The notes under the pieces are model-generated. The model made no database searches. It saw only the letters and a list, made by a program, of their open reading frames with translations, and was not told where the DNA came from. Position numbers and translations under genes: made by a program. Shown in pieces: positions 55,026 to 63,976 of a DNA stretch of 64,000 bases; within the stretch, counting starts at the first letter, position 1, and the number at the start of each line of letters is the position of its first letter. The DNA comes from Selenomonas sp. (lineage in GTDB: Bacteria > Bacillota > Negativicutes > Selenomonadales > Selenomonadaceae). The stretch lies in NCBI RefSeq assembly GCF_022773585.1, contig NZ_JALEZZ010000021.1. One strand, given 5' to 3'.

Positions 55026-56060
55026 TCACTCGTCCACGGCGGACAGATGCTCTCCGGCCTCCTGCCGGAACGCATCGCCGTAGACGCGATATGCGATTTC
55101 CTGCACGCCGAAGACGAAGTCCTGCGAGCAGTTGTAAATATATGCTTCGTCCGGCTCCTCGAGGCGGCCGCCCTGGATGGCGCGGATGGTCTGGAGCGAC
55201 GGATCATCGAGATACTGCGAACGGAACGACGCGACGTCATACGAGCCATGATCGTTGTACGTCGGCAGGAACAGCACGTCAGGATTGATGGCGACGAGCT
55301 GTTCCTTGCTCATTGCCTGCCCGTCCCGGATGCCTGCCTGCGCGCGCCCGTTGATGACGCCCGCATACTTGCAGGCATCGTCAAATGAGCTGCCGCTGCC
55401 GCCATACGTGCTCATCAGCGAAATCAACACGACGGTCTTCTTTTCGTTTTCCGGAATCTTCGACGTCTGCTCCGTGATGGCGGCGAGCTTGTCGTCCATC
55501 TTGCGGACGAGCTTCTCGCCGCGCTCGGGTTCGCCGACGGCCTGCGCGATGAGGCGGACGGTTGCCTCGATCTCTTCGAGGTTCCGCGCACCTTTGCAGA
55601 CGACGACAGGAATGCCGAGATCGCGCAGTGACGCAACGCGCGTGATGTCGCCCCAGTCCGGCACGATGACGAGGTCGGGCTGCATGGCTGCGATTTCTTC
55701 GACCGTCGGATCCGTGACACGCCCCTCGACTTCTTTCGCGAGCGGCACGACATTCGAGCTCACGGGATCGTCGAGCAGGCTGTTGACGGCCACCATGTGG
55801 TCAGGTGGGACGAGTCCGAGCACGACCTCGTCCGTACTCATCGAGAGCGTCAGGATGCGATGCGGCTTCCGAGGCAGCGAGACGATCGTTCCCTGCACGT
55901 CCGTGACCTCGTAGGCCGTTCCAGCCGTGTCTGCCGATGACGTCTTCCGCACGTCCTTGCAGCCTGAAAGCAGGAACATGAACACGAGGACGAAAATCAT
56001 CCCGCTCAGCGGCAGGAGCCGTTTTTTCCATGCATTTTTGACATCAAGTTCATTTCTCAT
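55026..56060 (-). CDS. Periplasmic-binding lipoprotein of an iron-chelate/cobalamin-type ABC transporter (cluster A-2 fold)
   Basis: ATG at 56060. Lipobox FLLSGC. ...RILTLSMSTDEVVLGL...PDLVIVPDWG... Confidence 0.8.
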   Translation of the reverse strand: MRNELDVKNAWKKRLLPLSGMIFVLVFMFLLSGCKDVRKTSSADTAGTAYEVTDVQGTIVSLPRKPHRILTLSMSTDEVVLGLVPPDHMVAVNSLLDDPVSSNVVPLAKEVEGRVTDPTVEEIAAMQPDLVIVPDWGDITRVASLRDLGIPVVVCKGARNLEEIEATVRLIAQAVGEPERGEKLVRKMDDKLAAITEQTSKIPENEKKTVVLISLMSTYGGSGSSFDDACKYAGVINGRAQAGIRDGQAMSKEQLVAINPDVLFLPTYNDHGSYDVASFRSQYLDDPSLQTIRAIQGGRLEEPDEAYIYNCSQDFVFGVQEIAYRVYGDAFRQEAGEHLSAVDE

Positions 56061-57063
56061 GGTGCTTTTTCCCTTTCCAGCCAGCGTCTGCATCGCTTTC
56101 AAGGCCGAGCGCATGCCGCTGTGTATGGACCTTCTGTTCCCAGTCCTCCATCGAGTCCTGGATGAATTCATGGACGAGAAACTCCGGCTGGACATCTTCG
56201 ACGAGCGCCTGCACGGCTGCTGTCTCGAACGGCCGATGTTCATCGACATGGCTGATGTAGTCAAAGACCTCGGAAAATCCTCGCGGTCGCAAGTCCCCGG
56301 CCTCGGCCATCCGTCGCCGCACGAACGCGCCTGAGAGCGAGCGATGGAGATGCATGCCATAAATCGACGTCCAGAGACCGCCGAGGTTGCGGACGACGCG
56401 CCGCACGCAACGGACAGCTTCGTCCTCTGTCGCAAGACTCGTCGACGTGTTCATGAGATGGCCGGTATCGAGCAGGATGCCTGTATGCTGATGATGCGTG
56501 CCGCTCAGGAGGCGGTCAGCCAGCCCCGGATTGAGGAGTGTCAGCCCCGGCCACCAGAGATTTTCATAGAGGAGCAGGCAGTCCTCAGGCAGTGCGTCCA
56601 TGACGTCATTGACGAGCTCGAGCGTCGCCTCGATGACCTCGGCAGAATCATAAGCATGACGGCGGTGATAAAGCTCGCTCGTCCGCGCCTGAGAGACGTG
56701 GAACACGACATACCGCGCCCCTGTCCGCGCAGCTTCGGCGATATGGCGACGCCAGAAATCCATCCACGCTTCGCGCGTCTTCCCGAACGACGCCTGCCAG
56801 GACGGCTCATCCCCGTATTCTGCCAGGAGCGCCGCCCGGTCTCCGCGCCAGAAATCCATCCAGTCGGGCCAGAACCGCAGATGCACGCCCTGAATCCAAT
56901 CCGCTGGAAACTGCAAGGGATCCCAGTCCTCATAGAGCGTGAGTTCGAGACCGTCCAGCCCGTGCCGTGCAAAGAACGCGGGGAGCACAGACGTATCGCC
57001 GCCGAGGACGCGGTCGATTTCATATCGGACATTTGAAAGATTTACGAGCTCCAACACTGTCAT
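56050..57063 (-). CDS. Xylose-isomerase-like TIM-barrel (sugar-phosphate isomerase/epimerase, AP_endonuc_2-like) protein
   Basis: ...ARYVVFHVSQ..., LLYENLWWPG, GILLDTGHLMN, GMHLH follow the metal-ligand strand-end pattern of this fold. The start is uncertain (ATG 57063, a nearby GTG, or GTG 57090). Confidence 0.55.
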   Translation of the reverse strand: MTVLELVNLSNVRYEIDRVLGGDTSVLPAFFARHGLDGLELTLYEDWDPLQFPADWIQGVHLRFWPDWMDFWRGDRAALLAEYGDEPSWQASFGKTREAWMDFWRRHIAEAARTGARYVVFHVSQARTSELYHRRHAYDSAEVIEATLELVNDVMDALPEDCLLLYENLWWPGLTLLNPGLADRLLSGTHHQHTGILLDTGHLMNTSTSLATEDEAVRCVRRVVRNLGGLWTSIYGMHLHRSLSGAFVRRRMAEAGDLRPRGFSEVFDYISHVDEHRPFETAAVQALVEDVQPEFLVHEFIQDSMEDWEQKVHTQRHALGLESDADAGWKGKKHHEK

Positions 57064-57096
57064 CACCTCCAGCAAGAACGCCTTCCGCACGCACGA

Positions 57097-57954
57097 TCAC
57101 CAATCATCGTCTCCGCCGCGAAGCTCGAACCGATACGTCGTCCGATAGCGGCCCAGATGGCCGTTCATCTGGAAGCGGCAGGCCCAGCCTGCCGCAACGG
57201 CAGCTGCATCGAGTGCCGGATAGCCAGAGGATCTCTCGACGGAAACATCCGTCACCGCGCTCGCAGGCGAGACCGTAATCAGCACGGTCACGCTGCCCTG
57301 CGCGCCCGCCTGCACCATGCTCTGCGGATAGGCAGGCGCAGCGCGATAAGTGCAGTACGCACCAGCATCGACGGGCTCCGGCGGAGGCACAGGTTCCGTC
57401 CCCGCACCTGCACCATTGCCGACGCCAGCACCGATGCCTTCGCCTGCGCCGCTGCCTGCCCCATTCTCCGTTCCAGAGCCCGAACCGCTCCCCGTCCCGC
57501 TGCCGGAACCTGAGCCATTTGCCATACGGCCAGCCCCCGATCCCTGTCCCATGCCATTCGCGGCCTCGGGCGCAGCTGCAGACGCCGTTGCAGACGCCAT
57601 TGTCTCGGTCTGATGCTCCTGCCGGTATTCCTGCTGCTTCTCCGGCACCTTCGTATACGTCTCCGCGATTTCGGGAAGCTTTGTCTCGGACGGCAGAGCG
57701 ACGGCTGGTGCCGCTGGTGCAGGAACGACGGACGGCGCGCTTTCGCCGCCTCCTCCGCCCGCATCATCGAGCATCGTGACATCCACGACATCTTCTGCCG
57801 ATGGTTGCGGCCGCTCGCGCACGAGCAGGAAGAATCCCGACGCTCCGATCAGGAGGAACAGCAGGACATGCACGACGAGCGAGATTCCCCATGCCCGAAG
57901 ATTGCCCGACCGGCGTTCTCGCATGCGCATCTCCTCCATTTCATCGGCCTCCAT
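57097..57954 (-). CDS. tonB: TonB-family energy transducer with a Gly/Ser/Ala-rich spacer
   Basis: N-terminal TM segment WGISLVVHVLLFLLIG. C-terminal domain ...PAYPQSMVQAGAQGSVTVLITVSPASAVTDVSVERSSGYPALDAAAV... The start is ambiguous (57954 to 57924). Confidence 0.75.
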   Translation of the reverse strand: MEADEMEEMRMRERRSGNLRAWGISLVVHVLLFLLIGASGFFLLVRERPQPSAEDVVDVTMLDDAGGGGGESAPSVVPAPAAPAVALPSETKLPEIAETYTKVPEKQQEYRQEHQTETMASATASAAAPEAANGMGQGSGAGRMANGSGSGSGTGSGSGSGTENGAGSGAGEGIGAGVGNGAGAGTEPVPPPEPVDAGAYCTYRAAPAYPQSMVQAGAQGSVTVLITVSPASAVTDVSVERSSGYPALDAAAVAAGWACRFQMNGHLGRYRTTYRFELRGGDDDW

Positions 57955-58357
57955 CAGCGGCAGCGAGCCCGATGTGCGTGATGCCGCGCGCCTTGAACTT
58001 GTCGAGCAGGCCGACGACCATGCCGTAGTCGAGCTCCTGATCGGCGCGCACGACGACGGAGAACTTCGCGCTGCGCTGGTTTTCTGCCGCCGCTCGGTCG
58101 AGAAGCGCCGCCTCCGTAACGGGCTGGTCTTCGAGATAGAGCGAGCCGTCGCGCTTCATCGTCACGACATACGAGACGGCCAGCTGCGTCTCAGCACTCG
58201 CCGCCTGCGGCATATCGACATCGACCGTCTTCACCTGCACCATGTAGAGCGTGCTCATCATGAAAAAGACGAGCAGAAAGAACATGATGTCAATCATCGG
58301 GATGATGATGACCTCCGGCTTCTGCCAGGCCCGCCTGTCACGCAATCGCATCCGCAT
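57941..58357 (-). CDS. exbD: ExbD/TolR family protein
   Basis: ATG at 58357 after AAAGGCGGG. ...IIIPMIDIMFFLLVFFMM...VVVRADQELDYGMVVGLLDKFKARGI... Confidence 0.85.
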   Translation of the reverse strand: MRMRLRDRRAWQKPEVIIIPMIDIMFFLLVFFMMSTLYMVQVKTVDVDMPQAASAETQLAVSYVVTMKRDGSLYLEDQPVTEAALLDRAAAENQRSAKFSVVVRADQELDYGMVVGLLDKFKARGITHIGLAAADGGR

Positions 58358-58414
58358 CCCGCCTTTCTGCTCATTTCCAAAGCCTGTGATTTTTGCAACG
58401 TATAGCTGGAAGTT

Positions 58415-58443
58415 ATTATACCATCTTTCCCAAGTTATCACAA
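58415..58443 (-). promoter_or_regulatory. Extended -10 sigma-70 promoter for the exbD-tonB-...-exbB operon
   Basis: Minus strand: TTGTGA (58438-58443) - 17 nt incl. TGG - TATAAT (58415-58420). Confidence 0.65.
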
Positions 58444-58468
58444 TACGAAAACCACGCAAGGACACATC

Positions 58469-58503
58469 AAAAAAGACACCTGCTCGCAGAAAAGCAGGTG
58501 TCT
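58469..58503 (-). terminator. Intrinsic terminator after the peptidase-like gene
   Basis: Minus strand: AGACACCTGCT - 8 nt - AGCAGGTGTCT TTTTT. Confidence 0.85.
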
Positions 58504-58522
58504 TGGTTATAACTTATGCGTC

Positions 58523-59221
58523 TTATGCGTCGTAATCTTCCGGATAAATCGTGATGTCGAAATGGTTGAGGTTCCATTCGTGCGTGATCTGATGCTTGTA
58601 AGCCGAAAGGGCATTCGTGAGGACGGCGTAGGCACGGCCGCCTTCGCAGATGCCCGCATCGGAAATATCGACTTTGTAGCCATTCGCATGAGAATAGCGG
58701 CCGCTCGCATGGTAGCCGTTTTCCGCGCCGCCCGTGATGACGAACGTGACGCCTGCGGCCTGCGCAGCCGTGTTCAGCGTGTCAAGGAAGGCCTTCGTCG
58801 AGCTCTGGAGGTGCACGGTGTCGGTCGTGCGGTTGCTGTCCCACGGCGTGTCCATGCCTTCGGTGCTGCTCCACTTGCGGAGGTTGCTCTTGCCGAAGTC
58901 ATTGTGGAACGCATAGGCCGACGCCTGCGACGGAATGCGGAACGAGCTCATATCGGGGAGGTTCGACGGTGCGACGTCTGCCGCGGCGATTGTGCCCGGG
59001 CGCTGCATCGAGGGCAGGGCTTTCGTCTGCGACGGGAGCGTCGCGGCACCCGCGGGCAGGGCGCGGGTCGATGCGGACGGGACGGCGGCCGTGCGGGAGG
59101 CCTCGCGCGTGACAGCGGAGGACGGCACGGCAGATGTATGAACGGACGGCACGGCGGCAAATGCCGTGGACGCCGAGAAAATGCAGGATGCAACGAGTGA
59201 AAGAACAGCGGCTCTCTTCAT
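58523..59221 (-). CDS. Secreted protein with a possible Hedgehog/DD-peptidase (M15-like) zinc-hydrolase C-terminal domain
   Basis: ATG at 59221 after AGGGGGAA. Signal peptide MKRAAVLSLVASCIFSASTAFA, Ser/Ala/Pro-rich linker, ...FVITGGAENGYHASGRYSHANGYKVDISD (H-x(n)-D pattern). The family call is tentative. Confidence 0.4.
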   Translation of the reverse strand: MKRAAVLSLVASCIFSASTAFAAVPSVHTSAVPSSAVTREASRTAAVPSASTRALPAGAATLPSQTKALPSMQRPGTIAAADVAPSNLPDMSSFRIPSQASAYAFHNDFGKSNLRKWSSTEGMDTPWDSNRTTDTVHLQSSTKAFLDTLNTAAQAAGVTFVITGGAENGYHASGRYSHANGYKVDISDAGICEGGRAYAVLTNALSAYKHQITHEWNLNHFDITIYPEDYDA

Positions 59222-59338
59222 CAAATTCCCCCTATAAAATGTGAAAATCATTTTGATTCGGTGTATAACAGAATTATTATAACACACGGGGAGGAAAATG
59301 TGAAACCGATTTATGTCCCATCTTTGCATCGTCTTCCG

Positions 59339-61477
59339 TCAGAGAAAGACTTCGCAGTCGTCCTCGACGGCCTTGCAGGCGGCGCGGACGCGCGGCATGA
59401 CTTCTTTCGGGTCGCTGCCTTCCTCGAATTCGACCTTCATCTTGAGCAGCATGAAGTTGACATTCGCGTCCTTGACGCCTGCCGTCTTCTTCGCTGCTTC
59501 TTCCATGAGGTTGGCGCAGTTCGCGCAGTCTACATCGATCTTGTACGATTTCTTCATCTCTTGTTCTTTCCTTTCTGCTTGAGCCGTGCCTGCGCCCTTT
59601 GCCCCAAACATCGCCCGCATGGCATTGAGCACGGCAAGCACCATGACGCCAACGTCGGCGAAAATCGCCGCCCACATGTTCGCGATGCCGATGGCGCCGA
59701 GCACGAGCACGAGAACCTTGACGCCGATGGCGCCATACATGTTTTCATGGACGATGCGCATCGTCTTGCGCGCAATCTGCATGGCCGTTGCGACTTTCGC
59801 CGGGTCGTCGTCCATGAGCACGACGTCGGCCGCCTCGATGGCGGCGTCGGAGCCCATGGCACCCATGGCGATGCCGACATCGGCGCGTGCGAGCACGGGC
59901 GCATCGTTGATGCCGTCGCCGACGAACGCGAGCTTGCCCGTCTCGCCCTGCTTCTCCGCGAGCAGTTCTTCGACTTTTTCCACCTTGTCCTGCGGCAGGA
60001 GCTCGCTGTGGACTTCGTCGAGCGCGAGCTGGCGCGCGACATCTGTCGCGACGACGCGGTCATCGCCCGTCAGCATGACGGTTTTCTTCACGCCATTCGC
60101 ATGGAGCGCGGCGATGGCATCTGCCGCGTGTTCCTTGACGACATCCGCGATGACGATGTGGCCGATGTATTCGCCATCCATCGCGACATGGACGATCGTA
60201 CCGTGCTTCTCGCACGGATGCCATTTCGCGCCGATGGCCTCCATGAGCTTCGCGTTGCCGACGCAGACCGTGTGGCCGTTGACGCTGGCGCGCACGCCCT
60301 TGCCCGCGAGCTCTTCGACGTTTTCGACTTTGCAGCCATCGGCCTCGTGGCGGTAGGCCGTGCGCAGCGACGCCGCGATCGGATGCGTGGAGAAACGCTC
60401 GACATGTGCGGCCAGATGCAGCAGTTCGTCGGGCGCGATGGTCTCGGGATGAATGTCCGTGACCTCGAACGTGCCCTTCGTCAGCGTGCCCGTCTTGTCA
60501 AAGACAACCGTATCGACGCTTGCGAGCGCTTCGAGATAGTTCGAGCCCTTCACGAGCACGCCCGCGCGGCTCGCGCCGCCGATGCCAGCAAAGAACGAGA
60601 GCGGGATGCTGATAACGAGCGCGCACGGGCAGCTGATGACGAGGAATGTCAACGCGCGATAGATCCATGTGCCGAACGCTGGCTCCATGCCAAGCGCCGC
60701 CATGCGCACGAGCGGCGGCAGGATGGCGAGCGCAATCGCGAGACCGACAACAATCGGCGTGTAGATGCGGGCGAAACGCGCGATGAAGTTCTCGGCTTTC
60801 GATTTGCGCGAGCTCGCGTCCTCGACGAGGACGAGGACTTTCGAGGCCGTCGATTCTTCGAACTCCTTCGTCGTGCGAATCGAGAGCAGGCCCGTCTTGT
60901 TGATACAGCCCGAGAGCACGCTGTCGCCCTCGTGGACGCTGCGCGGCAGGCTCTCGCCTGTGAGAGCCACGGTGTCGAGCATCGACGCGCCCTTTGTCAC
61001 GACGCCGTCCAGCGGGATTTTCTCGCCGGGCTGGACGACGATGGTCGTGCCGATGGCGACGTCGTCAGGATCGACGCGCGTAAGCGTTCCATCCTGCTCA
61101 ATATTCGCGTAGTCTGGGCGGATGTCCATGAGATCCGTGATGTCGTCGCGGCTCTTTCCGACCGCATACGACTGGAACCACTCGCCGACCTGATAGAACA
61201 GCATGACGGCGATGGCCTCGGTGTAGTCGCCGTCCTCATAGATGGCAAGCGCGAGCGCGCCGAGCGTTGCGACGGCCATGAGCAGGCATTCATCGAGCGG
61301 CTTCTTGTGCACGATGCCGCGCACAGCCTTGTAAAGAATGTCATAGCCGACGACGAGGTACGGCACGAGGAACGCAGCGAGTCGAGGCGCTCCCGTGAGC
61401 GGCAGCTGCGTCGCGAGCACGGTCAGCGCGGCCGCGATGAGGATGCGGACGAGGTTCTTCTTCTGTTTCTCTGTCAT
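59339..61477 (-). CDS. Heavy-metal (Cd/Zn/Co-type) P1B ATPase with the HMA-like domain at the C-terminus
   Basis: ATG at 61477 after GGAGGGAG. SCPCALVISIP, DKTGTLT, GDGINDAP. C-terminus MKKSYKIDVDCANCANLMEEAAKK... Confidence 0.9.
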   Translation of the reverse strand: MTEKQKKNLVRILIAAALTVLATQLPLTGAPRLAAFLVPYLVVGYDILYKAVRGIVHKKPLDECLLMAVATLGALALAIYEDGDYTEAIAVMLFYQVGEWFQSYAVGKSRDDITDLMDIRPDYANIEQDGTLTRVDPDDVAIGTTIVVQPGEKIPLDGVVTKGASMLDTVALTGESLPRSVHEGDSVLSGCINKTGLLSIRTTKEFEESTASKVLVLVEDASSRKSKAENFIARFARIYTPIVVGLAIALAILPPLVRMAALGMEPAFGTWIYRALTFLVISCPCALVISIPLSFFAGIGGASRAGVLVKGSNYLEALASVDTVVFDKTGTLTKGTFEVTDIHPETIAPDELLHLAAHVERFSTHPIAASLRTAYRHEADGCKVENVEELAGKGVRASVNGHTVCVGNAKLMEAIGAKWHPCEKHGTIVHVAMDGEYIGHIVIADVVKEHAADAIAALHANGVKKTVMLTGDDRVVATDVARQLALDEVHSELLPQDKVEKVEELLAEKQGETGKLAFVGDGINDAPVLARADVGIAMGAMGSDAAIEAADVVLMDDDPAKVATAMQIARKTMRIVHENMYGAIGVKVLVLVLGAIGIANMWAAIFADVGVMVLAVLNAMRAMFGAKGAGTAQAERKEQEMKKSYKIDVDCANCANLMEEAAKKTAGVKDANVNFMLLKMKVEFEEGSDPKEVMPRVRAACKAVEDDCEVFL

Positions 61478-61584
61478 AGTGATGACTCCCTCCGGCACAA
61501 CATATGAGCAATCGTTCATTTGTTGACCTCAGTATAGCATACGGGTGTCAACTTGACAAGTCCCTTTTTTTGTGGTAGCCTTTT

Positions 61585-61887
61585 CACCGTAAACCGTTGA
61601 AGCGAATGGATGGAACGCTCCTCCTCCAAAGAGAGCCTGCGCTGCTGCGATGCAGGCGGGGAGCCGTTCCGGATGGATCGCCGAGGGCGCACGGAAAGGG
61701 AGCTTGGCTCCTGAGTATGCTGCGACGCGCGGCCTGCGTGAAAAGGCCGGGGAATCCTGCGAGCGAGGCTCGTGCGTTCCCTTGAGTTGCACGGCTCGGC
61801 CGTGAAGCAGGGTGGCACCGCGAATTTCTTCACATGCATCGAAAAGTTCGTCCCTGACAGTTACGTTTAGACTGTCAGGGACTTTTT
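61585..61887 (+). promoter_or_regulatory. T-box leader (tRNA-Trp responsive) controlling trpS
   Basis: AG-bay AAAGAGAG (~61629), candidate specifier GGA-TGG-A (~61670), T-box AGCAGGGTGGCACCGCG (61807-61823), terminator GTCCCTGACAG - 11 nt - CTGTCAGGGAC TTTTT (61850-61887). Confidence 0.85.
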
Positions 61888-61925
61888 GCATGCCATGTCC
61901 CTGACGCACACAGGAGGAATCCATC

Positions 61926-62933
61926 ATGGCAGAAGAAACGCAGAAGAAAATCATCCTTTCCGGCATCCAGCCGACGGGCGTCTTCACGCTCGGCAACTAC
62001 CTCGGCGCCGTCAAGGGCTGGAAGGATCTGCAGGAAGAGTACAACTGCTACTATTTCATCGCCGACCTGCACTCGATGACGATCCACATCGACCCGCAGA
62101 AGCGCCGGGCCCAGACGCGCCAGGCCTTCGCACTCCTGCTCGCCTGCGGCATCGATCCCGAGAAAAGCCTCGTCTTCGTGCAGAGCCACAACAAGTGCCA
62201 TGCCGAGATGGGCTGGATCATGGACTGCTGCTCGCAGTTCGGCGAGCTCTCGCGCATGACGCAGTTCAAGGACAAATCTCAGAAGCATCCGGACAACATC
62301 AACGCCGGCCTCTTCACGTACCCCGCGCTCATGGCGGGCGACATCCTGCTCTATCAGGCGGACTACGTGCCGGTCGGCGAAGACCAGACGCAGCACCTCG
62401 AGTTCACGCGCGACGTCGCGACGCGCTTCAACCATACGTATGGCGAAATCTTCAAGCTGCCGGAGGGCTATTTCCCGAAAGCGGGCGCACGCGTCATGAG
62501 CCTGCAGGATCCGACGAGCAAGATGAGCAAATCCGACACGAACCCGAAGGCAACGATTTCCATCCTCGACGACGAAAAGGTCATCCTCAATAAATTCAAG
62601 AGCGCCGTTACGGACAGCGAGTCCGAGGTCGCGTTCCGCGAGGGCAAGGACGGCATCAACAACCTCATGACGATTTACTCCGCCGTCACGCACAAGACGA
62701 TGGACGAAATCACGGCCGAGTTCGCGGGCCACGGCTATGGCGATTTCAAGAAGGCCGTCGGCGAGGCCGTCGCCGAGGAGCTGCGTCCGATTCGCGAGAA
62801 CTTCGACCGTCTCATGAACGACCGCGCCTATCTCGACGAGCAGATGAAGAAAGGCGCCGAGCGCGCGACGTACATCGCGAACAAGACGCTGACGAAGGCA
62901 AAGAAGCGCGTCGGCCTGTTGCTTGAGAACTGA
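61926..62933 (+). CDS. trpS: Tryptophan--tRNA ligase
   Basis: ...ILSGIQPTGVFTLGNYLGA... (HIGH-region variant) and KMSKSD. AGGAGG lies upstream. Confidence 0.95.
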   Translation: MAEETQKKIILSGIQPTGVFTLGNYLGAVKGWKDLQEEYNCYYFIADLHSMTIHIDPQKRRAQTRQAFALLLACGIDPEKSLVFVQSHNKCHAEMGWIMDCCSQFGELSRMTQFKDKSQKHPDNINAGLFTYPALMAGDILLYQADYVPVGEDQTQHLEFTRDVATRFNHTYGEIFKLPEGYFPKAGARVMSLQDPTSKMSKSDTNPKATISILDDEKVILNKFKSAVTDSESEVAFREGKDGINNLMTIYSAVTHKTMDEITAEFAGHGYGDFKKAVGEAVAEELRPIRENFDRLMNDRAYLDEQMKKGAERATYIANKTLTKAKKRVGLLLEN

Positions 62934-63034
62934 GCTACGCACGAAAAATAATTTTCTTCTAAATAACAAGACCTCCCAATGTATCATAATAGAAGGCGTA
63001 CAATCCTTCGACATGCACATTGGGAGGTTTTTCT

Positions 63035-63976
63035 TTGTTCAGCAATTTCGTTGTCGCCGTGAGCGCTGTCATCCCGATCTTCGTGCTCATCAGCATCGGC
63101 CTCTTCGTCAAGCGCGCCAAGCTCATGACGCCCGAGGAACTCAAGCACACGAACCGCATGGTGTTCCGCGTGTTCTTCTTCTGCATGATGTTCGCGAACA
63201 TCTACCGCGCCGATTTCGAGGACGGCTTCGACCCGAGCCTCGTCGTTTTCGGCATGACGGCCGTGACGCTGCTGTTCCTCGCCTCAATGGCGTTTTCCAT
63301 GTGGTTCGAGAAAGACAACCGCAAGCGCGGCTCGATGGCGCAGGCCATTTTCCGCAGCAACTTCGTCATCCTCGGCATCCCGATTGTCGTCAACATTTTC
63401 GGCGAGGATGCGGCGCTGATTCCGACGATGATGATTGCGGCCATCGTGCCGCTCTACAACATCTTCGCCGTCTTCGAGCTCGAAATGTTCCGCGGCGGCA
63501 AGTTCCAGCTCATCCCGATTCTCATCCGCGTGCTCAAGAACCCGATGATTGACGGCATCATCCTCGGCGCGCTCTGCCGCCTGCTGCCGTTCCCGATTCC
63601 CGACCCGATTCTGAAGCCGATTGCGCAGGTCGGCGCGGCCACGACGCCCGTCGCGCTGATCATCCTCGGCGCTTCGTTCGAGAAGGGCGGCATCGCCGAC
63701 AGCCGCCGCGACCTCTGGGCCAGCACGATTGCACGCCTCATCGTCGCACCTGCCATCATGCTGACGGCCGCCGCGCTGCTCGGCTTCCGTGACGCCGAGT
63801 TCGTCACGCTCATCGCCATCTTCGCAACGCCGTGCGCCGTCGCGTCGTACGCCATGGCACAGCAGATGGGCGCTGATGCCGCGCTCGCAGGCAACTGCGT
63901 CGTCTTCACATCCGCGCTCTCCGCATTCACGATGTTCGGGTGGATTTTCGTGACGAAGACGCTCGGGCTGTTCTAA
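63035..63976 (+). CDS. AEC (auxin-efflux-carrier) family permease
   Basis: ...FSNFVVAVSAVIPIFVLISIGLFVKR..., 10 TM segments. I prefer TTG 63035 (GGGAGG 7 nt upstream) over the ORF-track start at 63020. Confidence 0.8.
   Translation: MFSNFVVAVSAVIPIFVLISIGLFVKRAKLMTPEELKHTNRMVFRVFFFCMMFANIYRADFEDGFDPSLVVFGMTAVTLLFLASMAFSMWFEKDNRKRGSMAQAIFRSNFVILGIPIVVNIFGEDAALIPTMMIAAIVPLYNIFAVFELEMFRGGKFQLIPILIRVLKNPMIDGIILGALCRLLPFPIPDPILKPIAQVGAATTPVALIILGASFEKGGIADSRRDLWASTIARLIVAPAIMLTAAALLGFRDAEFVTLIAIFATPCAVASYAMAQQMGADAALAGNCVVFTSALSAFTMFGWIFVTKTLGLF

Noticed and set aside
58358-58522. Possible cobalamin riboswitch or Fur box upstream of the TonB-dependent uptake operon.
   Set aside because: The leader between the promoter and the exbD start is only about 55 nt, too short for a B12 riboswitch. 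I saw no B12-box-like or 19-bp Fur-type palindrome. A PWM scan is still needed.
61516-61996. Minus-strand ORFs of 107 and 155 aa upstream of trpS.
   Set aside because: They lie antisense across the T-box leader, whose conserved elements (AG bay, T-box sequence, terminator) explain the region.
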